This document shows, in pieces, positions 35,824-50,425 of a DNA stretch of 64,000 nucleotides; the stretch's first letter is position 1, and every line of letters begins with the position of its first letter. Below the pieces are notes generated by a model, which saw nothing but the letters and a program-made list of their open reading frames with translations, did no database searches and was not told the origin of the DNA. This stretch comes from Lingula anatina. Taxonomy: Eukaryota > Animalia > Brachiopoda. Both the position numbers and the translations under genes were made by a program. The stretch is from positions 20,274,001 through 20,338,000 of the forward strand of contig CM120641.1 of NCBI GenBank assembly GCA_051362555.1, given 5' to 3'.

Positions 35824-37649
35824 TGCTTCAATTGCTTTCAAACAGCTATAAGAATTATTGCCCCAGAACCGAACATACCAATCTGTGTTGACAAAGTGGT
35901 CTTTTTTATGTAAGTGCATGACCTCCTAAAGACATTTACTTATTCTAAAAAAATATTCAATCTTGATAAATAACCAAAATACTATAGAAAACCATTTTTT
36001 CTGGGGCTATCATTTACTGTCAAATGATATCTTGTACGACTTTATTGTCTCTTCTCATGTGTCTGAAATGTATCAAAATTTTTCACCCGGGAGTTTTGAT
36101 AGCTGTATTATTATTATTATTTTTATTGTTTTTTTATTCATGGACTGTTGGATATAACAACATGGGAGAATAATTACAAACTGTGCCAATGCCTTGAAAC
36201 CAAGGAACAAGGATCTCTTTTATCAGCATCTGATTTTTAGACACAGATATTAAAGTGCATAATGACACCATGAGCTACAACAATTTATTTGAATTAAACT
36301 GATGCAATATCAGTTGTATACAGTTCTCATAAAATATTTATATAAGTAAAAAATAAGGGTCGAGATAAAAAGTGTACACTGTATGTGCATGTGCATCTAA
36401 TGAGATTTTTATACATTTTTTGGACGAATATGGACCTTCAAAATATGAGCACACACCCATCAGTGTTGCCCCAACAAAAAAATGAGAATCAGTGTTGACA
36501 TCAATGCAGGATACACTGCAATAACATTACAATCATTATGTACTAGTTATAGCACAAGTTGTCCACTGTAAGCGATATACAAAATCATACTTCAAGGCCC
36601 AGCCGAGATGTAATTTGCTCTTGAATGACGACAAGTACATATAGTTGTAACTGACTTATCCCACGACTGGCAGTTCGAACAATAGGATGAATGCACCTAA
36701 GGACGTTAAAGTAGAGAAAAGCATATTAGCGAAATACTGTGTTATCCTGCGGGATAATAAAGGAATAAGGAATAGCCCTTCCCTCTTTCACAAAACTACT
36801 GACCAATGGCATCTTTAATATAGGGATAATGAACAATTTTGAACTCTTTTTTTTTTCTGGTGGGAACCTAAATGAGGACATTAGATGCCTAGTGATACTT
36901 TCCAGATGAATCTATCAGTGTAAGTGGGACTGAGCAATGACATATACAAGCCAGATGAAGCACAACAAGACATAGTTAATTGCCATCACACAAATGCAGA
37001 TCTTATCTAACTTGGCTGCAGAAACCCTACTGAGAGATTGGCCATTTAGGCTAATTTCTTAAAACAAGAATTGTGTTCTTCATTCAATTACATCATGTGA
37101 ATCCATTGTATGCTAAGACTAAAATAATTAATGCAACACAGTGAACATAATCAAAACAATTTGAAAGAACAAACATCCAATGCATGACCAGTTGTAGAAA
37201 AACTCATTATCATCGATCCATTTGGGTATACATCCATCCAGGATAATCCAATCTAATTGGAATAATTGGTGGCCGTTCACTTGTAAACCATAAGATACTG
37301 ACCAGACACACTTGGGGAAAATTATATTGAAAAGATGGCCTTCATTTCCCAAATGGCCAGTTTTACAATTGACTTGATGATGATGATAACACTGCACTAG
37401 CACTGTTGCATGCTATCCAGTACAAATTACCTGTTTCTTAGAAAAAAATACAAACAGAAAAAAAATTAAGGCACCAGCTTCTGCATAAAATATTTTACTG
37501 TTGTACTGTTTCTCATAAATATATTAATTTATTGATTCATTTATAATTGAAATGATGTGAATTTTGTGAAATACATCTACCAGTCCATGAAACTGCTCTG
37601 TTTGATGATTTAGTTTCTTTGCCAACAAGACATAAATTATAATATTTAA

Positions 37650-37650
<1 letters not shown>

Positions 37651-37693
<43 letters not shown>
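37651..37693 (+). repeat. poly(A) tract
   Basis: A43 run. Confidence 0.9.
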
Positions 37694-37694
<1 letters not shown>

Positions 37695-40600
37695 ACCTGG
37701 GTTAAGCAGAAAAGTAGGTCACTGAACATAAAGGCAGGTGACACAAAGGATGATGGACATATCTGCTTATGAGAAAATGATGCCTTTCTGACTTTCATTA
37801 AAATCTACCACAAAAAAGTTGGTGGAAACATCTTGTTTGAGCAATGACTCATTCTGTGATATAATCTTATTGCACATGAATCTTAAAGGCAGGGAAGAAG
37901 AAAAAGTAGCTTCTAATCACTTGTCATTTTGTTAATGAGCTTACGGGGGATTACTACCAAAAACAGAAATCCAGAGCTCAAAAATGAGTTTCTTAGTTTT
38001 GAAGCATTGTTAAATGTACATGCCATAAAGAGGATCAGAAGTCACCATGTGCAATGCTTTCTGAACAAATTTAATTACCCCAATCAAAAATGAACTCAAC
38101 CAAAGAGTTAATGAATTCACTTCCTTGAAGTAGCAAATGCAGTGAACATTACAGCTAAGGGAATAATCTTCAGTGCATATTAATTTCATGATTTTGATGA
38201 ATGGAAATGGTTTCCTTGGCAACATTATTTAACTTGATGCCCAAAAGTGTTCTGATTACTCTAAAGCATGACATAAAAATTAACGTCTTTAATGCGCCTG
38301 CCATATAAAAACTTTTATTTTTGCATGAATAAGCTTTTTGGATTAAATCATCACGGCTTTCTTTTGCGTAAAACCAAAAAAGGAAAGAGCTACTAATTAC
38401 TTCCACCTGCCACTCAAACACCTGGAATTATAAATAAGAACCTCACAAACAAATAAATCACCACATAAATGTTTTATATGTGCCTTCAAAACAAGACAGA
38501 TTGCCAGGATTAAGATTCCAGGCAAATTGTTGCAAGCTATGTGCATGCCCTCCCTCCACGCAATCTGCCACTGTAGTAAACACACGTAGTACTATACTAT
38601 CAGATGCCTGGGAAACTTGTAGTAAAACAGTGACGTGAATGAAAACCTAGTTAACTATCAAAGCAGCCAGCGATCAATAAAGCAAAATCTGCTGCAAAGC
38701 TGCCGCACAATGAATGAAAGGCACCCTGGAGTTCAAGGGTTTCTACGGCAAAATATTTTTCTTTACAGAATTGCTTGATGAATCAAAGTTACCTTCACAT
38801 CATCACCATCTTCATCTTTATGTTAAATGGGTGAGAAACAATCTGGTCATCTGATTAAGCATTGACAGTTAAGCCGCAATCGGGATAACATTACGCACAT
38901 TGGCGTAACCAATTGAACTGCCTCAAATCACTTCAACTTTCAGCTCGCGGATTGCGTTGGCCAATCATTGGAGATTAAGCCAGAGCGTAAGACAAAAGCA
39001 GGATGATCAACACAATGGAGATTTTTAAAGCAACTCCTTAGAAGTGTTTCTGAAAAAAAGGCATCTGCAACATTTATTTACATGAAACCAACTGAAATTT
39101 AGATACAAGAAAGAAAAATAAAATACAAATGACCATTCTTGTTAAGTTGGCAGCTGCATCTTGTAAATAATTTAACTGCAATGTTTCCAGTAAAGATGGG
39201 CCAACCCTACCCAGTGCCACTCTATCACCATTAGCTCACAATATGAAGGTAACATTACCTCAATTTCTGCCATTGGTAGGGTAACAGAGGGATTAGATTG
39301 TCTGGGTATGGTGAACTAATCATAATCAAGGTAGCCTACAGGTTGAATTTATCCAAAATGAATGGAAACAAAATTCAAGTTTTACATGTAACTCAGGGGC
39401 AACTCTTCTCTCTGAATCTATGATTATAATAAATTGCATTAACTGAAGGTGCGATAATGAGGTAAACCAGCAGGTGCTTGTAATATAAGTGTCCTTCATA
39501 GATGCAGGTGGACTGGACATGGCTCTATAGCAAAGTTATGAAAAACAAATACAATGGAGAACTTGACCCCTATCTGCACTGAACATTCTGGAACCCACAT
39601 TCGTGAAAAATTCTGCCTCAAAAGTTGAGTTTGTACTAGTAAACATCCATTAGCATTGAGTAGCATGATGTAAATATTTTGATATTCATATTGTACATGC
39701 ATATGTCCATCAACACAAATACATGGTAACTTCAAATGTTTGTTTTTAAATAAGTAAAAAAAGAAAAAAAAAGAATGAGAAACCATAACTTTTCCATTAA
39801 CATCACCTGCGGTAGTGGTGAGTAATCGTATGTAGTTTGTATACATTGCAGTATGGTATAATCACCTCCTCTTGGTAATGGGTAATTTTATCATTTCCAG
39901 GAGAAGTTGCAAACAACAGAACACACTGGCAGCTGCAAGAGATGTGACTTGCATATTAGATAGGGTGGAGAGACGACTTGCATATTAAAACGAGAGGAAA
40001 ATGATGACAACAGCAAATAGGAAACATAAATTGTGGGTGATTTACCAGTGTTGTGTGAAGCTTTGAGGAACAAATAAAGAACTCTTCAGAAAAATGTTTC
40101 AAAATAAGTATGATGCTTAACAGTGTATAAGCAGTAAATAAAACTCGAGTGATTTGCACAGTTCCAACAAACTGCATGCTGTAAAAATAGGTGGACAGAT
40201 AAATATGCACTCAATCACACACAAAACCAATTAAGAGTGAGCATTTTTAGGAGGTATTATCACTAAACTTGTTAAATTTCCATAAAATGTTCAGAAAAAC
40301 CAAAAAATATGACGTAGCGTAAGAAGTACAGCCTAAAGAAATGTTTTATTGCATGTTTAATTCGAGAACTTTATTGCAGACAGAGTGCACAGCAATTATT
40401 GTGGATTGTTTTGCTGCCATGTCAAAGAAACATGTTCTTCCTGGAAGGGATCAACTTAATGTCCAGCAGTATCATGATAATGCCAAGAATTACCATAGTA
40501 ACATGTTAAATCTGAGAGGATTGTTTAACTAGTCGGCTGGCATTCCCACATCAAACAGGCTGTGGAAGGCGAAGATATTTTTAATGTAAGCCTGTGCCAT

Positions 40601-41132
40601 CAACAAAACTGGTTGATGAGAAATTGGCAGTGATGTTAATATTATCTTTGTGAAAACAAAAGACGCAATTGACAAGGAAATCCTGATGAATCTATTTGTT
40701 ATTAAATAGTGACCACCATTTCACCAATCCTCTCAAAGTTTTTTTGTGGAAATATTTGGTAACGTTTATGCAAACACAAGGTTTTTCAGCAATGCAGTTG
40801 CTGACTGATAACTATATTTACTGATATTCAGGGTAAAAAGAAAACTAAGAGCTGCAAAACATGCCCCTATACATCATCACAGTGTCTTGATTCTATGTCA
40901 TGTCAAACTCAAACAGCACTAAATAGGTTTCCATCTTCTAGTAAAACTCTAGAGTACTCGATATGAAGCACTTACTGCCGTAGGAAATGAAATACTAATC
41001 AACTTTGCACAAACTCCTTAGATAATATTACGAAATAAAATAATTAAATAGTAGTGCTAATTCTTAGGCTCCTACAATAACTGTACAGTAGTGTGCTGAA
41101 GTCCTTTCAGGCTATATTCTTTGCCAGAACGT

Positions 41133-41158
41133 GGGGGGGGGGGGGGGGGGGGGGGGGG
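41133..41158 (+). repeat. poly(G) tract
   Basis: G26 run. Confidence 0.9.
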
Positions 41159-41982
41159 AGGAACAAAAGAAAAAGCAAACATTTATACATAAAGCAAGCT
41201 TTTCCTTTTATTTTTCTTTTTTTTTTATGAAAAAGATATAGCTACAAATATGAAAATTTATGGCTGATATATTTTTCAAAAGACTTCTATTTCTGAAAGA
41301 ATGCTCTTCAAATGATATTTAGGGAAAGTTATCAATTAGAATACATGAAAAAGCATGAAAAGGAACATCAGTTAGAAATAAAAGAACTAGGCAATAAACA
41401 TGTACAGACCATGACCATGTCAACATTTGGAAGGGCCAATGCACTCCACACCCAAACCACACAACACTTGATTTGAAAACTTATGTCTAACAGAAGTTCA
41501 AATGCACTAAGCAACAGTTTGGCCTAAACATTGTTCCAAAATTGATAAGATTATGAAAGTAATGCTCTTTAATTCCACTACCCAGACAAACAGATTTACC
41601 AAACAATTACTGTGAGAACAAAATTTTGTGCAAAAAAGAAAAACAAGTAGCTCAGTACATACTTAACAAAACATATATTTCAGGATGAAAATTATATTTT
41701 CCTGGTCTTCAAAGCAATACTTTGTCTATGTGGGCAGTTGGTGAATTAAAAATAATCTTCATTACATCATAAAACTTCAGTTTATTCATACACAATGACC
41801 CATAGAATATTTATGCAGTGAATCACACTTTCAAAATTCTGCATGATGCAGCATCAATATGAGGAATAAAATGAAAACTAGTGTTGTGCAAAGCTCAAAT
41901 TTAAATTTTGAAATCATACAGACAGAGAATAAAATGCTGGTGATTTTTTTCTTCAAAGTTTGCAAAAATATTAAAAAATAAA

Positions 41983-42012
41983 TGTGTGTGTGTGTGTGTG
42001 TGTGTCTGTGTA

Positions 42013-42045
<33 letters not shown>

Positions 42046-42056
42046 CAGAGAGAGAG
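41983..42056 (+). repeat. Compound (TG)n(GA)n microsatellite
   Basis: Direct reading. Confidence 0.9.
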
Positions 42057-42112
42057 GAAGGTAGAGAGAAGGATAAAAAATTAGACTTCTTTCCTTCAAC
42101 CAAGGTAATCAA

Positions 42113-43132
42113 GGGTGTATTTCTATATGACAAAGGTTTGCTGTGGCAAAGGTACCCTATGATAAAGGTTAACTATGACAAAGGTCCGTTTTGATGAAGG
42201 TTTGCTATTCCGAAATATGCATACAGATAGAGCGCAAAGATAAATAAAAGAAAATATGCTTTAGATACATGAAAATTCGGCTTGTCTGGCATGCCCCCTC
42301 GCAAAGCAACATGAACAACATCATGGACCACAAAGTTTTCCGGCCTTTACCCAAGTACTTTAAGTTACAAGGGGGCGTGCCAGACAATTCAGCTGATTGA
42401 GAATCTCTCCTGAGAAAGATTGATCCTGATAGTACAATAACCTCTATTCTGAACACAGCCTTAGTTGCACCGATTCATGCCATCGAAAATTTCACCATTT
42501 TCTACAACACAAGTGATGAGTATAAGACTGCATTCCCACAGATTTAGATTGACCGACCTATCTGGATCGACCTACCTCCCTGGGGGTTCACGCTAAATTG
42601 CTGTCAGCCAAGCGCGCACAAAAGTTAATTACTCCCTTACAGCTTTTAGTAGGCGGGACAGACATTTAAGCCGGCTAATCTGACAGCAATCTAGTGAGAC
42701 TCACCACAGGGATAGATCGATCTAAAATCTGTGGGTCTAAGCTTCATGAAATGGAAGTACAATTTGAAACCAGGGACGCAGTTAAGTTTATACAGGGCCA
42801 ACTTTTGAATTTCCAGAGAGACGGCACCCAAACCATTTCCCCCCCAAATCATAAGTACAAAGGAAAAGTACAAGCAACATCATGTCATGGGGCAAGTTCC
42901 TAATATGGCAAATTGACCTAGTTATTATAATGAAGTAGTGTATCTTAATACTTTTTCAGAATACCGAACCTTTGTCATAGCAAACCATTCAGAAAACCGA
43001 ACCCTATGCCTTCAAAGTACAGCGGACCTGTACACGTCATTGCAAACCCCAGAATTAAAAAAATTGGCTGCTTTTAAAGCAATTTTCCAGATTTTCAGAA
43101 TAGTGGACCTTCATCATACATAGAGCTGACCC
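42113..43132. mobile_element. Degenerate non-autonomous DNA transposon with inverted subterminal 16-bp repeat arrays (Mutator-like)
   Basis: The left end gggtg... carries five 16-bp units tatgacaaaggtttgc (42126-42205). Reverse-complement units (aacctttgtcatagcaaacc ~42967; ttcagaatagtggaccttcatcata ~43094) lead to ...gaccc at the right end. Flanks ggtaatcaa / cataatcaa form an imperfect 9-bp TSD. Confidence 0.5.
42526..42744. mobile_element. Palindromic MITE, family A copy 1 (PIF/Harbinger-like)
   Basis: cccacagattt...aaatctgtggg termini; the interior is self-complementary (ttgctgtcag / ctgacagcaa); clearly homologous to 46193-46407; TAA on the left flank. Confidence 0.7.
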
Positions 43133-46100
43133 CATAATCAAATAGTGTTCTACCCGTCAGATAAACATAAACTGAATCTCTTATCAAACGTGTCATAAGT
43201 CAAAGATTCCTTTGCATTAAAAGCAGCTGACTATACTCTGTCCTATCTCACGCACTTAACTGACCATGGGAAACAACAGACTGACTGAGGGCAAAGTGAC
43301 TAGTGACAAACAAAAGATGTTTACATATGACATTTACTAAAGATCAACTCCTATCACTTTCCAGGATTCGTGCATAGATCATGGCCATACACAATGCTCC
43401 CTGGGAATTACACAACATGATATTGGATGCAAATCAAATTAAAGATTTCAAAGAAATTGTCTGCATAACCGTTTTCACATCAGAATGCAAGCAAAATCCC
43501 AGTCGTCTTTACGTTTGAGGAAGAGCTTAAAAGATTACATCACAATGAAGGAAGACCCTAAATCACATTATTGATGACTATTGTGCATTATGATGAGTTA
43601 TTATATTAAGACACTTGTCTTGCATACATAAATAGCTACAGCAGGTTATACGAAGTCTCCATTTTTGTACAACAGAAGAAAGTATAACAGAATTTATTAG
43701 TGTGACTGCTCATAATTACAGCCATATCTAAATATGTAAAACAATAATTTTCAACTGAAACATGAGCATACAGTTGTACTTTATTCTTTTATCCCTTAAC
43801 CTAATAGAAATAATGGACTGTTTTCTTGCTTCACTTCATAACACATCCCTATTCCATTCAAAGTGAGGAAGTTTGTTGCCATCCATTGCTTACGGCTATT
43901 TATTGTGATGGCAATATTTACTCATGCATCATTCTTAGAGCAATCACCGAGTATTTTCATTGTTGGTAAAAATCTGGGGGCTGTGAAATTTTATCCTTTT
44001 TAAACCAGTCAAAGATTCAATTGACAGTTTTTTTAATAATTTGATTGTTATATGCTTCACTTGCAATAATATAGACATTAACCTTCCAGATTAAATAGTA
44101 TCATTGAAATAATAACAGTTCTTTGATCTCTGTGGATTGGCATGAAATATTCAACTAAAATACTAGGGCATCATGCTGCTGGAATTAATTTCATATCAAT
44201 AATTGCTCCCCCATATATTTGGTTCAAAGAACAATGAAAATAATCAAGAAATAATTGAAACCTATCATACAGGGTCAGCCATCTATAAAACAAGCATAAA
44301 GCTGATATGATGATAATATGGCCTTTCTCCTTGAGTGTTTAATGGCAAAACAGATGCCTAACTGTTCTCAAATAGACAATAGCAGTAAAAGGAAGACAAA
44401 AGCTGTGCTCAGACAAATACTATATATAAGACCAGTGGTAGGTCTCCCATGCATCATGAAATGACCTCTGTAACAACTTTTATTTCTATCCTCCACCAAG
44501 TTTTTTGGCCATTTCTATTCTTACCATTTAAGTTCAGTTATCTCTATTTACAATTTACATGGGAAACATATTATGCCATAACCATAATGCCATTTTAATT
44601 CTTGAATATATCTAATTAGTGAGAGAAATGGTTCTACAAGCTGTGGTATCCAGGTAGAGTAATAGATTTCAAGTGCACTCCAATCATCTTTACATAACCA
44701 TCCAGCATCCAGTTTAATTCCCATATCTCACCTGACAGGAAACAGGCCATAAAAAAGAATGAAACCACACAAATGATCATAGCTGGACCACAGAAATTAA
44801 TTTATCTCTGCAATGGTGAATGTAGAAGGGGGGAGGTACAGCAGGCATGTTTTCTCTCCTCATCTTCAGAGGTACCCCCCCCCCCAAAAAAAAAAAAAAG
44901 GAAAAGCAGCTAAACAAGTGAAACAAGACGAAATCATTTTTACATCCCTGTTCTATATATATGTATATTCCAAATGAAATTGCCCTTGTCTGTTTTACAT
45001 TTCACATTTTATTCTTTCATTCTTAGTATGACCCCACCCCAAGCAAACTCCTGGATCCACCAGTTCTATTTACACTTAAGACAGATTTTTCTTTTAAATG
45101 TTTGAGATGTGGGAGTTTCTGTTGATTTTAGTAGCTGCCATGGAGAGGCTATGCTAGGCACATCAGAACATATTCACCACGTTTTGTGATAATCTTCACT
45201 GAGAGCTTGTACTTAATTGACTGAAAATACATTTTGTGATACTGAAATATTTATCCCTTTCTTTGAAATCTCAGCATTGGCAGATTCCTGCATTGACAGC
45301 CCCCCCCCCCCCCCTCCCCTATGCAGATGAACACATTTTGCAATTTTTTTTTTTTTGCATCAATTAAGAAAACCAACAAACATAATTTATTAAAGACATT
45401 ATATCAATGAGATACTATTATTTACAGAATTCATGGAAGCTGATATCATTTTTTTTTTCTTTTGGTTTCTTTGTGGACCTACTGGCGTGGACATCCATCT
45501 GTACAATAAGATTTCGAGATGGGAAATTATCTGAAGGGAATTCATCGAATTTGGAATCTAATAGCAGAAACCTGGATGTCAATTTCTCAGAAATTCATTT
45601 AGAAACTGCATGTGTTGAATAATTTAAAAAAATCTGATATCTATAAAAAAATTCCATAAAAGGAATTCCTGAGTTCCTTAATTGAACATAATATATTTCT
45701 TAATTTATCAAAACTTCAAATAACAAGGGTCTTAATAATCCACTTCTATAGCATGACTTTTTTAAGTGATTTTGATTGGCATTAATGGTTCCTATGCTTA
45801 TTATACTTTCTTATGCTTGCTGTACAAGCTGTTACCACCTAGGGCTCTTTGACATTAAAGAGACAGTTTATGGCATTGTTATTGTATTAAATTTCATATT
45901 TTCTTCTTCTGTAGCCTCTCCTTACATCTCAGAGGTATTTAGCATCCCTTTTTCATCATCAATTTCACCCCCCTGTGCAAAAAATTGATTTCTACACTAG
46001 GTGAAAATGGGAGAAATACATGTAGGTGTTTACTTGGCTTAAGCCAGGTGAAGAAAAGAGCTGTGCTCAAATATACTTTGTAGGATATTTTTTAGTTTGA

Positions 46101-46192
46101 AACTTGATACAGCAATGCTTGATTCCTACTTGAAATTTATTGAAGACTTGAAAAGATTTTGTTTATAGTATTCTTTCAGAAAAAAAACCTTA

Positions 46193-46407
46193 CACCCCAT
46201 TTCCATAGATTAGATCGACCTACTTTAGATCGACCTAACTCCCTGGGGGTTCACGCTAAATAGCTGTCAGCCGGGCGGACACGAAAGTTAATTACCCTCT
46301 TACAGCTTGTAGTAGGCGGGACGGACATTTAAGTCGGATTATCTGAAAGTAATCTAGTGAGACTCCCCACGGGGATAGATCGATCTAAAATCTATGGGAA
46401 TAGAGCC
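46193..46407. mobile_element. Palindromic MITE, family A copy 2 (PIF/Harbinger-like)
   Basis: TTA on both flanks (46190-92, 46408-10); termini ttccatagattagatcga / tcgatctaaaatctatgggaa; shares ctccctgggggttcacgctaaat and agtaggcggga with copy 1. Confidence 0.75.
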
Positions 46408-49400
46408 TTAGTGTCTCTTTCTCACTGATAAGGAAACACCTTTTATACATACAATGAAACATATATTTAATCCACCGATAACTTTTCATTCAGAACATTG
46501 CTTGCACACTGCAAATACTGCCAATAGATACAAGCTATTTACTATAATGTCACACAGCTCACATGCCCTGGAAACTCTGGGGATCATGAACAATCTCCCT
46601 TGAATTAACTCAGAGTACACACTGGCCTGGAAATAATCAGGGCACAGGATAAAAAACTACAAAGTGATGTAACATCAAACCTGTCCTAGAACTCATTACA
46701 AGAATCAATCCATATAATGCACATAATTTACCACACTGACATTAATAGTTTCAGTTGTACTGCCACATCCCCTTTCAAAATGATAACCTCACCGTGAAAT
46801 AAAATATCATTTATCCATTTCACATACTTAACAATCTATGCGCCAGCTCTTTGAGTGTTAAAGGTAGTGGATTTTTAAATGCAATCATGCATAGATATTG
46901 ATGAGAGCATTGTATCCAGTGAAAACTAAATGAGCAGGCACCAAGGCACCAGAACTGCCTTTCTGGCTCCAGGGAGTCCCAAATGTCGTCTGCTTCCATG
47001 AATAAGTGTCTCAAATAATGAAGAACTATCAGCACAGTTAACAGTTTAAAACAAAGGGAGGGTGTAAACACAAAGCAGAAATGAGCCAACTTGCACTAAA
47101 CATTGAATAATAACAAGTCCACTTAGTAATAATCCATAAAATTGATAAGGTATCACATCCAACAGCTTTATTCTTTTACTAGGACCTTTTCGTATCTTGC
47201 AGGGTTTAATCAATAGTTCTCTGATAGATTAATAGTCCTATTACACTGTCATGTCGAGCCTGGAACAGATGGGAGAGAAGTCCTCCCCACTGGGCATACA
47301 CATGTGCTGATGGGAGGCTACATGTTGGAGGATTCAAAATAAAAACATGATAGGTCATCAAGTGGACACTGAAAGAGTGGAGGTGGGAGAACATCATTTT
47401 TATGAGTATTTTACAGATAATATATGATACAAAACAAGACCATAGTTGCTTCTTTGTGTCATGGGGTGGTACCAGGGTCAAGGCAAAGAGGATGGACTTC
47501 GTGTTCTCTTTAAAATTGAAAGAATATCAATGATGCAAACAAAAAATAATAGCTTAATAGCTTGTCAGGTAAAAAGGAAAGGGATTGGAGATGAAAAACA
47601 GAGAAAGTATGTACATATTCTGGAGATGTCTGTAAAATGTGCACGATAAAGCTTACAAAACAGAAACAATTTATGTTGTCAAAGTGATGAAGTGGTGGAA
47701 GAGAAAAAAATTGGGAAGATGTCTCCACAATTTGATGAATGGTCCTGAGAACAGCTACATGCTAAAGAGTAGAAAACAAAATCAATTATGTGCTTTCATA
47801 AAAGAAAAAAGAGAGGGGAGGGAATAAAAAATAGAAGAGAACTGCATGACTGTTCAAAACCACTCCAATAGTGGAGAATATGATACAGAACAGTTTCTAC
47901 AGATCATCAGGTACTGAAAGGAATGAAAAAATGTTAGAAAAATCTTTAAAAAAAGCTAAGTGGCTCTCTTAGTTGAATTTTTAACAACACAACAAATTCA
48001 TGATCTTTTATGGGTTGTCAGAAGGGGGTGAGGGTGGAAGAGCTGAAAATTGGAAGATGGGTGGACATGTTTTTCACAAACTGAACTTTGAAATTTGCTG
48101 TGCACATTTGTGTATTTCCATACACTGCTTAAATATACAGTGTTTAGTCCTTTTTTTTTCAATAACACATAAATATTGATTAGGTACAATGGCATTTAGC
48201 TTGTTCGCAGAAGATTAAATTTTACACAAAATATTGGTTCCAAGATGTAAGCAATTTACTAGAGTTGGAATAACTTAATGCACCTCAAGAATCAGAAAAT
48301 TTGCCGTTGCTAAAGCAGAAGAAACAACAAATAACTATATAAATGAGGACATGAAGAAAATCTGACAGTCTAAGACAATAAAAGATGTATCAGTTCCAAC
48401 CCTCATGTAAAATTCATCAATAATTCAGTCACTGACATGACAAGTGCCTTGACAAAACATGTCTTAATCAAGTGCTGGCCCAGTTTATCAATGATCTTAA
48501 GTACAGATCACTGAAATGGGATGGTGATATGGGTTTTGAGTTCATATCAAGATGACAACAGTTTGATATCTATTTTCAGTTAAGAAAGAAAGCAAAACAA
48601 ACTAGACTCATCGACAAATATCTGTACTTTTTGGTAGAAAGTAACACCCACACTTGAGGATGATTATATCCCATATGTGGCTAAGATAAAATGATATTTC
48701 TTCAAGGTGCTAATCAACTCAGACTCTACAGTTGACAGTATTCTTATTGTTTCTAATGATAACTAAATATGAGTTCATTTTTGGTTGGCGATTTTGCAAT
48801 TTTGTCATGTTATATAAACTGATAATATTTTTTCTGGTGAAGGGGCTTATCGAAAATTTTCCTCGGTAATAGACTTGCAGTCTAGATAAACAAATTGGTG
48901 ATCAACCTAAAATGCAATCAATGCCAATATCCTCTCTGCCACCCCATCTGAATGGAATTATAACAGCAGATCAGCATTACGTAATCATGTGTGTGATTTA
49001 ACTTACTATGGGTTTATTTTCATAACTAAGATTGATTACTCCAGGCAATGGTGGGACTTCATAATGCTGTATCAGCTGGCCCTTGGCTTATTCATCAATT
49101 TTCCAGGAGTTAACTCCTGTTGTGTAACATGGTCAACTTCCCTGGTCACAATTAAGTATAATGTGCAAAATGTGTGTGGTACATGAAGGTGATAAAAGGT
49201 GCGAGGTTCCTTACAATCCAATTCACTGAGATTGTTTGATTCTAGTATAGCCCTACTGTTTATTTACTAAAGATGATTGCAAAATGAACTTCAGAGCTTA
49301 TGATAAATAATTAAGCATTTCACTATTATTATTTACTTATTTATTTTTGATAATATTTTTTCATCATTTATTCATGTTTGCCGTTATAATACCCAGGCCA

Positions 49401-49805
49401 AATTACACTAACAGAGTAACCTTTGCAACCTCTGAACATAACACTTAAATTTAACTCTACATCTTTAGAATTTTTTTATATATGATAAAACAATCATCTT
49501 TATTCTAATCCATAAAAATCAAATCATTTAAAAAGAGTATGTTAGCAGTACACAGTAGTAATAATCTGAAGGGTGTAATGCCAATAATCTTCAAGTTCAA
49601 CATTGGTCCCTGCCAGAATAATACTATCAATGTGTAACAAAAATGTGTACAAATACTTCCTTTATTCATCAGGTCTGCAGACACCAAAACTAGTTTCACA
49701 TTTTGCACTTGGTTAACCCTTTCTGACATATTGTGTTCAGACAAAGAAACTAAGGAATGGACATAGGGCCAACTTGCATTAATGTGTTTGCTGACTACAG
49801 AGATA

Positions 49806-50362
49806 TCTCGCATTTAGAACAGATCATCCATGGACTTAGGCCGCATTCACATCGAGTTGAGCCATGGCTCTACAAAGCCATGACCTAAATATGGCAGACG
49901 TACATAAAAGGAAAACCGCCTAACCTTTTAATAGTCTCCTCGCCTCTCACATGCCTCCCCATGCGTTGTCCCTGCGGGGGTACAGTCATTAAATCTCGGC
50001 TCCATTGGGACGATACATAGGGGGGGGGGTGTGAGAGGCGGAGAGACTATTAAAAAATTAGACGGTTTTCCTTTCATGTACGTCCGCCATATTTAGTGGC
50101 TTTGTAGAGCCATGGCTCAACTCGAATGTGAATGTGAATGTAGCCTTATTGATCTGTGGACTAAATATGGCCAATCCCACATAAAAGGTAGCCACTTATA
50201 ATCTCCTGATGGTCTCCCCACCTACACATGGGCCATCCCTGCAGGGACCTAGCAATTAACCCTCGAGCTGAGATTTAATCCATTTAATGGCAAGTGTACA
50301 GGGAGTGAGATCATCGTGGGTCGGCCATATTTAGTCCGCAGATCATCTGTTGTGAATGTGCT
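49806..50362. mobile_element. Older degenerate MITE hosting the 49839-50145 insertion
   Basis: gatctgtggactaaatatggcc (50151) is inverted relative to ggccatatttagtccgcagatc (~50323). The outer end catctgttgtgaatgtg matches the left-flank gcatttagaacagatc. Confidence 0.5.
49839..50145. mobile_element. Palindromic Harbinger-type MITE (307 bp, TTA TSD)
   Basis: TTA|GGCCGCATTCACATCGAGTTGAGCCATGGCTCTACAAAGCCA ... TGGCTTTGTAGAGCCATGGCTCAACTCGAATGTG...TAGCC|TTA; inverted arms of ~130 bp. Confidence 0.85.
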
Positions 50363-50425
50363 CCAAGACTTTGGATCCCTGGGTAGGCAAATCTGGCCAC
50401 CCGAGTTTCAGAGCACTGACTATTA

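Noticed and set aside
42126-42205. Short regularly spaced repeats as a CRISPR array
   Set aside because: Contiguous 16-bp tandem units without spacers, in eukaryotic DNA; explained as transposon subterminal repeats.
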